The translations under genes were made by a program, and so were the position numbers. Below are positions 16,058-30,708 of a DNA stretch of 50,221 bases, piece by piece; within the stretch, counting starts at the first letter, position 1; each line of letters opens with the position of its first letter. This DNA comes from Bigelowiella natans CCMP2755 (lineage: Eukaryota; Protista; Cercozoa), in NCBI GenBank assembly GCA_000320545.1, contig ADNK01001248.1, positions 1 through 50,221 of the forward strand, in the 5' to 3' direction. The notes under the pieces were generated by a model. That model did not search any database. It saw nothing but the letters and a program-made list of their open reading frames with translations, and had not been told where the DNA came from.

Positions 16058-17313
16058 CTACTTGAACATGTCATCGAGTAAACCGTCGATCTTGGTGTTT
16101 GAGTGCGGAGATTTCTTGCCCGATGAGTTATTTGTTCCTCCGCCGAACCATGAATCCGAGCCTGTAGAAGATTCTGACCCTTCGCCTTTGCTATTCAGCT
16201 GCGCTTCATTCACCTTTGTTTTGAGATCCAGGAAACTCGTCCGCACGCCATTTGCACCATCGCGATTATGATGGTGGTGATGGTGATGATGGTGGTGATG
16301 GGGTTTCTTAGGCGAGTCAGTACGTTTGGATATAGAGCTCAAAAGCGAGTCCAGCCGGTGGGAAATGCCTGCAGCCTCACTCGATTTGATGGATTCCTGT
16401 GCATAGCAGCAGCAACCAGATTAGAACAACTAACCCCCCGCCTATCCATAACAATCAGAATGTGGTCGCAAAGCATCATTAGAATGTCTTCTTATCATTT
16501 CTTTCTACAGATACCGTCGTTACCTTCCCGTTGGCCAGTCGTATTGTCGAGGGGCGGGGGTTGGGCGTGCGCAGACTCAGCGTAGATCTTTGTCGAGAGT
16601 TTGAGAAGAATGCTGCTCCTGCAGGTTGTTGGCCGGTTTTTGAAGTCGCCGTCATTGCAGTAGCAGTAGCACCTTTAGCACCTTGTTTATTCAGGCCACC
16701 ACCACTCGCTAGGGATACGCCCTTAACAACAGTGAACAAACAGTAATTATCTTGTGTTTGTGTCGTGTAATGCATGGACTCAATGGCTGCTGAAAAATGA
16801 TTTATTCTCCACTTAGCGGGGCAAAATACTTTGTCCTTGCATGATCTTACCTGATTGCTAGAAGAAGAAGATGATGATGATGCAGGGATGTAAGGCGCTT
16901 TAATCTGTTTCCTCAGGAGAGCGTCCCAGTCAACGGCTGAGAAGAATTCTTGAGCCTGAACAGCTCATGTGAATCAGCGCATCTCTGGTTCAAAAAGGCA
17001 CTTCATGATATGTAGTATAAGACACTTCTTTCTTCTCAATAGTTTTCTCTATTTCTCTCCCCTCCCCCCCTCCCCCCCTTCTCCTGCCTTTCCTATTCCT
17101 AAGTGGTAGCAGTAGCAGTAGCAGTAGCAAGGCAGCACAAGCACACCTTGATCTCGTTGATTCCAAGAGGTCCAGAGCCCAAGCGGTCCCGCGGCCGGCG
17201 AACAAGGAGGCCACGTATGAATGACTTACAGGGAGAACTCACGAAATAGGGAAATGCAATATGTCCCTAAAGCCATTGATGTATTTATTAGTACATACAC
17301 ACACACACACACA

Positions 17314-17348
<35 letters not shown>

Positions 17349-17817
17349 GGTGTGGCTTCATTGGAACCTTGACGACTTTGGTGTACATTTCTTTCCGATT
17401 TGAGCTCTGAAACGGGGTCGATCCTGTGACCATCTCATACAAGACTACGCCTAGATGATGGGCAAAGTTTCAGCAGTGGTAGTAGCAGCAGCAGTAGTTT
17501 ATCGATACATCACAACTTACGACACTGTCGGAGAGAAAGTTGTTCAACTCACACATACTACTCTTCTTCTTCTTCTTCTTCTTCTTTCTTCTTCTTCTTC
17601 GGCATCAGGAATTCGCTGTCTATTACGTAACATATTTCCGCTGCATGTAGATAGTTGTTCACACATTCCCCTCCCCTCCCCCCCTTCCCCCCTTCACACA
17701 AACACGCAGTGACGAGGTGTGACACAAAACGTATAAATGACACAACCTGCACTCCACCAGTCCACGGCTGTTCCATGCTCCACACCACGAAGAATTTCTG
17801 GAGCTTTGAAATGATAA

Positions 17818-17860
<43 letters not shown>

Positions 17861-18224
17861 AAAGCACATTTATACCATTATTATATTAACATTGATTGAG
17901 GAGAAGGAGGAAGAGGATGAGCTACTACCTAAGTACTGAGGAGTGCCGCAGAATGTCTGTGCACCATCTCCAACACTTGTAATTCCGGACTTGGAAAGAC
18001 CAAAATCCGTCATTTTTATATGTCCATCGGCGTCGAGTAGGAGATTTTCAGGTTTGAGGTCGCGGTACATAATCCCATCTTTGTGAAGGTACTCTAGTGC
18101 TAGGACGATCTCAGCCATGTAGAATCGTGCAACAGGCTCCGAAAATCGCCTCCTATTTATGTAATTAGTTCATGTAATCACACCTACTTCCCTACAAATG
18201 TTTGTCCCCAGCAGCAGCAGTAGC

Positions 18225-18256
<32 letters not shown>

Positions 18257-18299
18257 CGCTTATAGTATTGGCAGACGTACTTCGCAACACACACACACA

Positions 18300-18340
<41 letters not shown>

Positions 18341-18394
18341 ATACCAAATCAGGGAGAGTTGTGGGGATTGGCAACATTATGATGATGATGATGG

Positions 18395-18426
<32 letters not shown>

Positions 18427-18779
18427 TAACCTTCTGAGCAGGTGATGGTACAACTCACCCCCCGGCACAAAATCAAGAATGTAATAAAGCTGGTCTGAGT
18501 CCTCAAACCAAAAGTGCATTCCCACAATGAATGGATGGGATAGCATGGCCAGAATCTTCATCTCACTAAGAATGGTTGGTGTTCATTGCATTACAACGAT
18601 GGAGGTGTTTCTAAGAAAACGAATCAGGGAAAATCGTTGGAGTCAACAACACAGCAAAATCACACAATTATTGTAACCTGTACACGTCATCATAAAGCTC
18701 TTCGCAGTCCGCCTTTTTCATAACCTATTAAAAGCATATACAGTAATTCTGATCATCATCCAATCTGAGTTCTACAGTC

Positions 18780-18828
<49 letters not shown>

Positions 18829-20275
18829 GTGTGTGTGTGTGTAGAAGTGTGCTTAGTATGGTTCACCAACCCTACTGCAAAACAAGTAGCAATCCCACCC
18901 TATTGATGTGCAAAACCACCACAAATTCAGAAAGAATGGAACAAATGGCAACGCCGCAGACCTTCATCGCGTAAGTTTCATTCGTTCGCAGGTGCTTCAC
19001 TAGAGATACTTCACCAAAGCTTCCCTTTCCAAGCGGTCTTATAATCTGGAAATCCATCTTATTGGCCCTGTTAGGCTCCTTTTTACCTTCGTGCTGGATG
19101 GATGATGAAGGTGCCATCGAATCTATCCCTCTTGTGGTGGTGGTGGTGTGCCCAACATCGCCGCTGCTACTGTGTTGGTTGCTACCATCAATAGCTCTAT
19201 TCTTCGTACGAATACTGCCCCTCTCTCCCAATTTGTGATTTGCATTGCGAGTGGAGGAGTGGAGGTGATTGTTATCCCTTCCCACGCCACCGTTGCTCCT
19301 CCGAGACGATGCGTTCTCTTTACTTTCAGAGCCATTGTAAGAAGCCACGTGTACATCTCCCACCTTTTTCTGGACATTCAGATTACTCTTTAGATATTGA
19401 ATTACCATATGGAACTATTATCATTTGCTGAAGCCACATAGTTTTTATCTCTAAATATGTGAGGGAAACTACTAGTTACCACCTGTCCAAGGTCTAGGTT
19501 TTTAGCTGCGCCAAGAATACGCAAAGCTTGCTGTGGATCAGATGCATCCACTTCGTAAGTGTTGACGACCATAATCCTCACTGATGATTTCTTTTCGGGA
19601 TGTGGAGCAATCCTTCAGAAACCAGCATCGAACACATATCAATGTAAGTAAAAAATATGATGCGTGTGTCGCTTTGCGTTCGAACTGTGCATCGCAAACA
19701 CGCCACATATGTTAAAGGTATAAGAGGAGAAATACCTCAATAATTCCGAGACTGAGGCATACCAGACATCTGATCGCCTGGATGATGTATGTAGGTAATA
19801 AGCGTTGATAGCAATAACCTACTTCTATTTCATTTCAAGCAGCACCAGTTGTCCTTCTTCCGGCAGTGGATTCCACCTTTTGTCATGATCAATTGCCTTT
19901 TGTTGGAGCAAAGAAATGAAATGAAATGTAAATGCTGTTAAGCGAAGGAACCTTTAGTAGCCTACGTGATAACAATCGGTGTGGTAAAGGAATGAGGAAG
20001 GCCCACCTTTGTTTCTGGTTGAACTTTACGTCGAAGGTGATAGATGGGACGTGCATCCTTCCGTTCACTGACCTAGCAATTTGATCCCCTGTCTAATTAA
20101 TTTCAGGCAACCGTTTTCCGTTGGCTTTTCCAGGCTTTGGGGTGGGGATGGTTGCTTTCGCTGCTCTGACTACTATCTTTATGTCTTAAATGCGCTCATG
20201 AAGATCATGAACTCCTAGAAAATGCCCGATATTTACCGATTTTCCCCCGGTAAGCACAGGGATTTCATTTACCAT
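16058..20275 (-). CDS. AGC-group Ser/Thr protein kinase (PKB/SGK/S6K-like catalytic domain); start codon uncertain
   Basis: [124 protein letters not shown] and [21 protein letters not shown] occur on successive minus-strand exons. The last exon ends with TAG at 16058. Confidence 0.92.
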
Positions 20276-20630
20276 TTTCTGAGCAACAACAAAGGGTTTG
20301 ATTTTGAAAATGTAAAAGATGAAGCACGGATCATCCGACAGCGACAAGACAATTGGTTTGCTTTCCTCTTCTTTTTCCGTCTTTTTCTGCTTTTCTTGGC
20401 GGGGTTCGATTCGAAGAGATGTGTCGCTTATGTCTGTGAGCAGAGTGATGTCACGAAAGGTAGTTAGGAAATCGTGACTTATTCGGGTGCGGAGGTGTAA
20501 AAGAGGGGTAAATAATTCAGACGACATGAAATATATTTTGTCGTTTATTTAGAAAAAGCTACGAATGTTGCAGACATTTGCGCAATCTGGTTTTGAAAAG
20601 TCTTCGCCCGATCATCTTCGAAGGATAGCG

Positions 20631-21466
20631 ATGGATGTGATAAAAGCATTCCTTCTTTTCCTTCTCAGCAGCGGCCTGGGCCAAGCTCAACCGTCATACC
20701 CTGGCCATAGAGATCAGAACAATGCTAATGACGCACCTGTTACGAGGAAATTGGTATTGTAGTTTTAATTTTGGGTTTTTCCATCGTTAACACAGAAAGT
20801 TCATGCTTGACGTCCAATCGTTTACGTTTGTTCAGAAATACATCGATTCTCCTCTTACCGACATTCAATGGCTTGGCGGGAAGCATGTATTCGCTACGAT
20901 TGTCTCATTACTACTCCAAGTTCTAAATCGTATATTTTTCAGAACGTATTCGTGCTTACGGAAAAGGGCCAGCTCTACCGCAGCACAGATGGCGGGGCAA
21001 CTTGGACAAATCAGCAGAGATACTTGTAAGTATTTCTGAACTTCATTTTAGATGTTCTAATTGATAAATATAAATTTCAGAGCGAAAGAAGGTGGATCTC
21101 GAGGCGCTAAGATAAAATCTATGCACATTTCAAAGAAACACAACACGGTACGCGCTATTTTTTACTAGCGAAAACTCCGAATTTTGAGCAAAAGCCCTAC
21201 ACTCAACGACACAGGTGTTCTTCATTGGGCATGGCGATAATAATTGGGCCACAATCGATGGAGGAGATACATTCATGTAAACGTGAAACTGAATTGTCAA
21301 ATGTAAATGGTTACTCATCCCGTGTTGTGAAAATATCAGTAAAACGCAGGCTTTAGACCTCATCGACGTCCGCCTCCACCCAACAAACGTAATAGCATAT
21401 ATGCTGATCTTTTCAAACGTTAATGCCCACACATACACACGCACACGCACACACACACACACACAC

Positions 21467-21517
<51 letters not shown>

Positions 21518-24003
21518 AAACCCACTGAGTTGCTTCATTGTGACGGATAGTTGAATCACGCATACTGAAACCAAAGAAAAATCCTCCTTGCTGACATACA
21601 TTACCTCACTGTTCAATGCAGCCCGAATGGTTCTTAGCAAGTGGAAATTCTGCCGGTTGTACAAGTGGTACTGCAGCCGGAACGGATAAGTCGGAAAAGT
21701 ATTGCTACCGTAAACTCTACGTGACCAAGAACTCCGGGAGAACTTTCACCCCCATACGGAACTACGTTGTCCAGTATGAATGGGCTCCCGAAGCTGATGG
21801 AAATGAGGACCTTGTATATGCTACCGTGCACAGTGTACAGCAAGGCAACCAGAAATTTGGTTTTTGGGATCAATTTGTGGACTTCGTCGCTACCACAGAC
21901 TATTTTTCTACAGTGAAGGTGGTGGTAGAATACGGCAACCGTTTCATCTTTGGAGAGCACAATTACGTCTTCGTTGCGGCTGTGAATCCCCACCATGAAA
22001 CCAGTGTCAATTTGATGATCACTCGAGACGCTGGTATAGGTAAAAAGTTTACCAAAGCGAAGCTGCCGGTCGAGGTCCTCGAGCATAGTTACACCATTCT
22101 CGATACATCTGAGGGATCTGTATTCCTGCACGTAAACCATAACATCCAGAGTGGTGGTGCTTCAACGGGAAATGTGTATATATCTGATGCATCTGGGACA
22201 AGTTACTCTCTGTCACTCCCCTTCAACCACAGAGACAAGGGCGGAAAATGTGATTTTGAGAAAGTGGAAGGCCTTGAGGGTATTTATCTTGCTAACTTCG
22301 TCGATGTAGACGATAAGGACAAAGAAGCCATAACATCCGAACAGCCTGAAACCACAGTCGGGGAACAGAAGAAATCTAGGAAGAATCATGGCCCAGCAAA
22401 GGACAAAGCTAAGATTAAGACAGTCATTACCTTCGACAAGGGTGGTATTTGGAGTTATCTAAATGCCCCGAAAGTTGATGCAAGAGGTGATCCCACAAAC
22501 TGCAAGGGAGGTGGAGACTCAGGATGTCATTTGCATCTTCATGGCATAACAGACGCCTTTGGGCCATTTTACTCGCTTGAAAGCGCTACTGGAATTATCA
22601 TGGCGACCGGGTCACTGGGAAACCACCTCCACGACAGACTGGGTGAGATCAACACATATCTCTCCAGAGACGCAGGTTTAACATGGAAAGAAGTAGCAAA
22701 GGGGTCCCACATCTATGAATACGGAGACCACGGCGGGCTTATTGTTATGGCCTTCGATGAGGGTCCTACCGACCACATTTTGTACACATGGGACGAGGGC
22801 CGCACATGGAACCCTCTCAAGATCTCGGACTTCAAGTTTGAGATTGAGAATGTGATCATCGAGCCTTCAGCTACGAGCTTGCATTTTGTAGTGTATGGCT
22901 ATCGGTCGGACAATGACGGAGTGCTCATATCCTTGGATTTTGCTTCTCTCCACCAATCTGAGTGTAAAGGCATTGATGCCGCAGGGACTCCTGAGTCCGA
23001 CTACGAGTTCTGGAGCCCAAGCGATGGGCGAATGAACGGCCAATGCCTCATGGGCCACAAAGTCAAGTACACCCGTAGGAAACAAGACGCCCAGTGCTAC
23101 AACCCTGAAGAGGTGGAACGCATGGAGGACATAGAGCATTGTGTTTGCACAGAGGAGGACTTCGAGTGTGATTACGGTTTCGCGCGCAGCGTCCAGGGAG
23201 GGCCGTGCGAGCGCATCAAGACCCCTGACGGCGATGATCCTTCCAAGCCTCCTGAGAGCTGCAATAGGTTCTACACTGTGACGCAGGGATATCGAAGGGT
23301 TGCTGGAGATACATGTCGCGGCGGTAGTGCCAAGTGGGACCCCATTCAGGTCCCTTGTCCGACGTTCCCGGGGGCAAAGCGAGCAGGGAAGTTTGTGCTG
23401 GCGGTGCTATTCCTCGTTGTCGTCTCACTCGGGCTAATTACGGCCGCAAATAAATTCGACTTTGTTGAGGAGATCAAATCCCGGTGGATAAACGATTATA
23501 AGAAGATCAACCAAGATGAAGAATACGTCTTTGATGACGACGAGGATGACATGAACCAAACCGCAGAGCTTGTGAGTGAGTTCAACGACCCGGTGGGAGG
23601 AGACGATTCGAAGAGAAAGGGAGGGGAAGATGATGAGGTTAGTCAGTCGGTCACTAACTCGGTCAATCGCAGTGTCACTACTATCTACTTATTTATTTCT
23701 CCACTGTCATCATCATGGTCAATTTCAAATTATTCTTGAGTAGCAGTTCTAATTCGTCATGCTGCTGCACGCAACATACATAACAGGACGAAGAGAATGA
23801 GGAGGACCTAGATTTCGACGAAGAACTTGACGGATCAAAGAATGATATCGGAATGGAAGTAACGGTAAGCACTGCCTGACTGATATTCACTCGTCCTATG
23901 TTTTGTTTGATTCACCGATTCACGTGATTGATTGCTAATCTTGGTGTTATTATCTGAAAAAAAGGTGAGTGTCCCTACTCTTTCTTCTCCAGAGGACAAG
24001 TAG
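20631..24003 (+). CDS. Sortilin / VPS10-domain sorting receptor
   Basis: Signal peptide MDVIKAFLLFLLSSGLGQA; Asp-box repeats (LYRSTDGGATW, LYVTKNSGRTF, ITFDKGGIW, YLSRDAGLTW, YTWDEGRTW); 10CC module (CLMGHKVKYTRRKQDAQC..CVCTEEDFECDYGF..GYRRVAGDTC); a single TM helix; acidic cytosolic tail. The main exon is about 21622-23637. Confidence 0.95.
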
Positions 24004-24397
24004 AGTGCTATTACTTCTACTACCCAAAATACATGCAACACACACACATGCATGCATGCATACTGATGCTATGGAGGAGATGAATCATCTTCGCGACAAA
24101 AAGAACTTAAGTTGATTGAAAGCTTCAATCGTTGCATCGGTCGCTCGCAATTTTATACTACAGTTATATATATATATATATATAATAAAGATTATTCGGT
24201 TAAATTTTACCCCTGCATGCTAGCCTGGCACATACATACGCAGCACGTTATTATGCTACATGTATGTATATAGATAATGCTAAAGCAAGCAAAGGCCGGC
24301 ACTGCACGATGACGCTAGCTATATATTAAAAATATTTTAACGTGCATGCGTATAGACATATATGGTATTGCTCTCTCTCTGTCTCTGTCTCTCTCTC

Positions 24398-24450
<53 letters not shown>

Positions 24451-25116
24451 GTCTCTCTCTCTCTCTCTCTCTGTCTGTCTCTCCCTCCCCCCCCTCTCTC
24501 CCTTTCTAGCTTTGTGTGTGTGTGTGTTGGTATGCACATAATGTAGCTAGCGCATGCTAGCATGCATTGACGATAGTCTAGATAGACTGTACATGTGTAC
24601 ATGTGACGCAATTTTTGCTCGATCCAGCTCTAGATCTGCTATAGCTGCATTCGCACTGCAATGTGTGATGCTAGCTACTAGCTAGGATGGATGTAATGAA
24701 GTGATTAAATGTTTTCAACTTTTCAACCGTCATCCTAATGTACGTAGCGCTGCAACGTTTTTGTGTGGCATATTTGACGACATGCAGTCATGCAGTTTAA
24801 TCGCGCGCATACATGGCTAGCTAGCTAGCTAGGAGACGGTATTAACTTCACATGGCATCATGTGCGCCAGCTAGCTAGCCAGCAAGCAGATATGTACATA
24901 GGCAGCACCTGTTGGCTAGCTGGCAAATGGTAAAGACGTCGCAAGCACACACTCTTGGATAGACAGTTCTAGACGTCCTGCGATGTATGGTAAAGTTCTG
25001 TCCCAGGGCGAGCTCGTATTGTAGTCGCATCGCACCACCAGATGTAATTAAAAAGGCTAGTGCACGTCATGCAGGTTACTGATAAATAGTACTACTGCCC
25101 CGTTTGTTTCATGATT

Positions 25117-28100
25117 TCATGATTTACATCCGTGCAGCGCAATTTCAGTCGCTTGTCTCTGTGCGCTTTGTTCGGAGTGTTGGCTATGGCTGATATGTTT
25201 TTCTAATATATTTTGCTTCAACCTGAAGGAGAAAAATAAATTATATTTCTGTGTGTGAGAAGGAAGCGATGATTACAACATTAGTTACCGTATGATCATT
25301 TCCTCCAACGAAAGGCCCAATATCGTTCCGACAGGCATACTGTGCAATGTACCCATACATTCGATGACATTTCTTGCCATGTCTTCCTTCGAAATATCTG
25401 CTGCTGCTGCTGCTGCTGCATGCGGCGATGCGTTCGTGCTGTCGTCGTTCAGCGGTTGGTCGATATTCCCAACAATGCGCTGGCTTTCGGTGCTATTTAT
25501 CCCGTATTCGCCCTTTGTAGACAAAGGGTTATTGTGTGGACCATCATCAGAGCATGGGATTGTGTCAGGGCCGCTGCATCCTTCTCCATTGAACTTCGGC
25601 TCTGGATTCGTACATGTACGACGTCTCACCCCATTCAGGCACTTCCCCCACGGACCATAGCCACCCGCAACTGGGGAATAAACAATGGATAAAATAAGCG
25701 GTCAATCATGTCGCCTTCTTTATGCATGAAGTCGATGGTTCATAAATCATTTTTTCTCGTCGTTGTTCGTTGGTTTGTTTGCCCCGGAAATGGTCATGTG
25801 GCCCCGGACATGCTACACAATCGAAAATATGCCGAAACGGCAGCGTGAGAGGTTTCATCATCATTACCACCCGCACCAGCAGCTTTCTACACCTAACCCT
25901 ACCTGCTGTGTTGGCATTCTCTATCGGCCAAGTCTCTGCTCCTTCAAATTTGCTGGTCAGGAATAGCCCATCCTCATCTAGATTCACCCATGATCCATGC
26001 TCGGACCCCCCCCCATATCTCAGGTACATATGATTATGCCCTGCCTCCAACGCCCGCAATCTCTTTTTCGGATTAGAAGTTAAGATGAAAGACCCCGATG
26101 CATATCCCAGCCACTGTCGTCGACGAACATGCACAGACACATGGAGATAAACACACCACACACCACACACCACACAATCGGATCTATCAGTGAGCACAAT
26201 GATTATGAAAGAAGGGAGGGAGAGAGAGCGGGAAAATTAAAAATCAAAAGAGAGGGAGCGAGGAAGCATGGCCAGATTTTATGTACCAAATTGCACCCAT
26301 TCCTCGGCGCAGCATCGTGTGCGTTTGGGCAGGGAAATTCGCGTTTTATAAGGTAGGACCCTGTAACCGTCCCGGTTTTGACAAACCTGGTTTAAATATT
26401 GTACGAATTGCAATGAGAATATGTAACCTCCTCGCGATCGATAAACTCCCACTTGCAAAGTACCTGAATCTTGCTCTTGGTTTTCTCTCTTGGGGCACAT
26501 GTTCAAGAGTGAGGCGGATTGAGTAGGATCGACCGGTAGATCTCGCCTTCTCCTCAGGAGGAGTCTTCTCTTCGCCGGTGCTGCTTGAGGTGGAGTAGTA
26601 GTTTGTGTTGGTCGGCCCAGTAGGAGTCGGCTGTTTGTATGATTCACTCTGATTTCCGGTCGTCAAGTCCACCAGAGACGAGCCCATCGGCTGCAAGGAA
26701 TTGGCTAGGTGTGCCCTGATGTTATTCATGTGGGAAGCTGCTCGAAGGTGTTTCTTTAGAGTCCCTGGCGATGAAGTGAGGTGGTCCTGATATTCGGCGC
26801 CACTATGATCGTGAGCACTCCGACGGATATTTTCTTTCTGATACCCGGGACCGGGGATACTTCTAAACGACGACGACAGGTTACTTGGGGAATTGCTGCC
26901 GGGCTTGGCCTCCTTTACCTCTTCCTCCTCCTCATGATCGTAAACGACGGCGTGCTCGTCGTTGGCGTCGTGCCAGGGGTAGTCCAAGTACACTCTATTT
27001 TCAACGTCCACAGGGAAGTAGAAAGTGGTAGATGACAGTGCGCTGTGGCAGGATTGCTCGATACAAAGCTCGTGTGTAGGGCCTTGACACGGCTTGCCTC
27101 CAAATTCGGGCGTGGGGTTGTCACACTTTCGCGTCCTCGTCCCCAGTCCGCACGATTTCGAGCACTCCGCCCACTCGCTAAAGCCCCCGTCAGCAGGGCA
27201 AACGCCGCCCAGGCATCTTCTCTTAGCGGGGCCTAGACGTGCACAACCACGCCCTCCGTACTGCGGCTTCGGATTATTGCAGGTGCGAGTCTCCCAGCCG
27301 TGCCCGCACTCTGTGGAACACTCGGACCATTCCGAGTACCCGCCATCTACGAGGCATGGGGGGAGGTGCGTGCACTGTTGGTGGCACGAACCGCGGCATG
27401 TATGATTCGCGTCCTCGCGTACGCACACGCGCGTCTTAGACCCTACATTGGCTTCGGAGTTGCAGGTCGTCGAGCAAGGAGACCACGGCCCCCAGCCATT
27501 GCATTTCTCCACCATGCAGGAGCGCTTTGTGGGGCCTAGGCACATTGACTTATCCTTCTCCAAGCAGCTTCGAGTCTGATGGCCTTTTCCGCAACTTTTT
27601 GAGCACTTAGACCACGGGCTCCACCGTCCGGGTGGACATGCAAATTTCGCGACGCAAGGCCGTGTGGAGGGCCCAAAGCAACCAACCGAGCTCCCTGGGA
27701 TCCCATTCTCGCATATGCGCATCTGTGCCCCCTCGCCGCATGTCGCAGAGCACTGGGACCACGCGCCCCATCGAGCGCATCTGGGGAGATTCGGGCAGGG
27801 GCGAATGGAGCTCGCCATCCCCCCTGCGCAGAGCGACGGATCGGATATCATGTTGTTCACGAGGCATGGACGGGTTTGCACACCGCCAGCGGGACTGCCG
27901 CTTGAGCTTGGACCTCCTGCATTTAACCTCAATGCCAACGTTGCCGCTGTTTCAGGGCGGGAAGAGGAGGAAGAGGAAGGCGCTGATAAAAAGTGGGAGG
28001 GGTCGATGCAGGTCACTGAGCACCGGCGCCATTCTCCCCATTCTCCGCATTCAATTTCATCATCTCCAACACAATATCGCCCCCCTGCCTTTGGAGAGGG

Positions 28101-28180
28101 GTTTGTGCATGTGCGCCGTCGCACCCCATCCTGGCACTCGCCCCACTCGCTCCAACCTGATCATAATGTGAGAGTACATA

Positions 28181-28227
<47 letters not shown>

Positions 28228-28910
28228 CGATTACGTGTAATTTGTCGAGAAAAGTAGCGAGGAAAGGGCGGTAAATACTCGTTCGATACTGAAATAGTTT
28301 AGTGGCGGCACTACTAATCCAGAACATTCTACCTCCATTTTGTGGGCATGGCCCCATGTCGCAAGGTTCAGTCGAGTTCCCCTCACAACTTTGACCGTTC
28401 AAGCATTTACGATGTCGCGTCTGAGTGAAACATTGGAAGCTCATTGCTAACTGTCGGAGACACGATGGATGCAATAAATATCACGCACCCCTATTCCACA
28501 AGAGGCACTGCACATCGACCATTTAGACCATCTCGGGCATGGGTACAGATTCGGGCAAGAACGTTTGTAATTTCCCACGCACTTCCCAGTTGGGGCAATG
28601 CAGTCGCGAGTTTGAATGCTAAGAACGCAACATCGTCGCATCATAGTCACATTCATAGTGTCATCGTCGACCAAGAACGTCTAGATAGATGAGTAATGAA
28701 TAATACCCCTGGCCACATGTAGCGTTACAGCTTCCCCAAGGCGAGAAACCGGATCTCCCCTCCTCATAATCGCATTCGCGTTTGCTCGGCCCAGTGCAGT
28801 CTTTGCCTCCGAGAGACGGGCGCGGTGAGTCACATTTTCGAGTTTGAAATCCAAGGCCCGTTGATGCATCGATCACGCACCTGGACCATCTGCCATACCT
28901 GTTTGTAGTT

Positions 28911-28943
<33 letters not shown>

Positions 28944-29110
28944 ATCGTAGTAGAAGTAGAAGCAGCAGCGAAGGTTTATGGTTTAGTATTAAACTTAATC
29001 AAACTACCATCATCTCCCTTGTCATAACCCTATTAACCCTTTCCTTCCTTTGTTGCCTCTCTGCTTTTGAGTGTTGCAATTCTACGACTACTACTAGTAC
29101 AGCTACAACA

Positions 29111-29145
<35 letters not shown>

Positions 29146-30111
29146 TACTTTCCATCCGCTTTTCTGGCCACATAGCTGATCCAACCCTGATTGTTACGTC
29201 AAGAATAATGGTATTATTATAATTGATCAAGCCCCAACGTTCTTGCATCAAGGGGACTGTCATCGCAAGTGGCTACTCACCTTATGCAAAGCGCTGAAAG
29301 TGCGAGAACCACATCCTTTGTACGATTTCACAGTGCACTTCGAAGATTCCAGATCTAACATTTGTTCCAGGCGACGACCATGAGAACTCACCCCAGAGCA
29401 ATTGAAAAAAACTAGAATAACAAATGTGGTATAGATAGATAGTACCTAGAAGATGGCAAGTATCCATATTTTTGTGAATCGAAAAGCCATGGCACCTAGG
29501 GAGTCACAAATAGCTGATCAGTCTCTTTTACATTCCAGGAAAGTAACAAAGTCCGTACCATGTGTGGTTTGAGCAATGCACTTGGCATATACGCAAGTGG
29601 TCAACGTAGGTGCTCTTTCCCACTGGAGATTTTGGGGTAATTGTCGATTTGAATGTTGTATTTCGTGCTGAAGACAATGGATAGGCAGTTCCCAAATGCG
29701 ATATAGTTTTATCGAAATGCTTTGCTTCGATCATGGAGATCATTTCTTCTTGTGCAGATGTCCAGTCCTCAGTAATGGGAAAGTACATGTATCTGCGCAA
29801 CAAAAATCACCGTTACTAATTTCAATATTTTGGCAATGCTTGAGATTAATTTAGATGCCATACCCCCGGGAGGTTGGCTTTAAACACGCTGGTTTCAAGT
29901 TAGGCAGGACACAGTAGCGCATTCCATGAATATCTGGATCCTCCATACACTCAATATTTGCTTTACAGGTTCGAGATCGTGATTCATACTCCCTTGAACT
30001 GCTTGGCAATTGTTCAATGGCCGCCGCTTGTGCATGAATCTCTCTCTGAGACAATAGGATAAAAGCCCCTAGCACCAGTTTCAATGGGCTAGAGCATATG
30101 TATCCTACCAT
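25117..30111 (-). CDS. Large secreted thrombospondin type-1 repeat (TSR) protein
   Basis: Signal-peptide-like start (MVGYICSSPLKLVLGAFILLSQREIHAQ) and roughly a dozen or more WSxWSxCSxxCGxGxxxRxC repeats between about 28900 and 27050, plus one more at about 25550-25675. The last exon ends with TGA at 25117-25119. Several internal exon borders are uncertain. Confidence 0.85.
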
Positions 30112-30708
30112 CTCTTATTTCTAATTCTAAATACTAGCCAGAATTCTCTTTTGGCAGCAACTTTGAGAAAATTCCACCCCTCCCCTCCGTCCGATTGGGA
30201 GCGGACCTCGCCCTCTGGACGAGAATTTAAAACCAATTCAAATTTTGAGCCCAAAAGCGGCTCGAAATAATTGTTCGCGAAATAAATCTCGGACCGCCAT
30301 TCGCACACTGACGACAACAATAATACATGTCGCACCCAGAAAAAACATATGTGTTCTTGAGTAATTTGGCAACAAAATATCGCATCGTTCATTCTTTTTT
30401 CCTTCGTTTATTCCTCTGAGATTGGGCGAAATCACCTTAGAAGGAAAACTCGGAGTAACTCTCTCTCTCTTTCCTTTATCGAAGAAATAATGACAAGAAA
30501 TACATGTAGAAGTCAAGTCATCACAATCAATCAGTACGTACGAGGAGCAGCGAAATTACGAAGCTCCCCCCTCCAAGCTCTGACCTTCTCTACGAGATTG
30601 GAGGAGGGCGCTTGCATCCTGTGTAGCTTAGAGCACTGCACGACAATATAGCTGGCAAGTTTTCCCAAACATTCCATATAGATTTCGAAAGGAAAAGGAA
30701 CAAACAAG

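Noticed and set aside
21634-23428. Antisense ORFs over sortilin (and similarly over the TSR, JmjC and RBR genes)
   Set aside because: They are shadow frames of long real exons with no independent motifs.
27050-28150. Low TA content as another hypermutated island
   Set aside because: This is GC-rich coding sequence of the TSR gene; TA occurs in non-CTAG contexts and Tyr codons are present.
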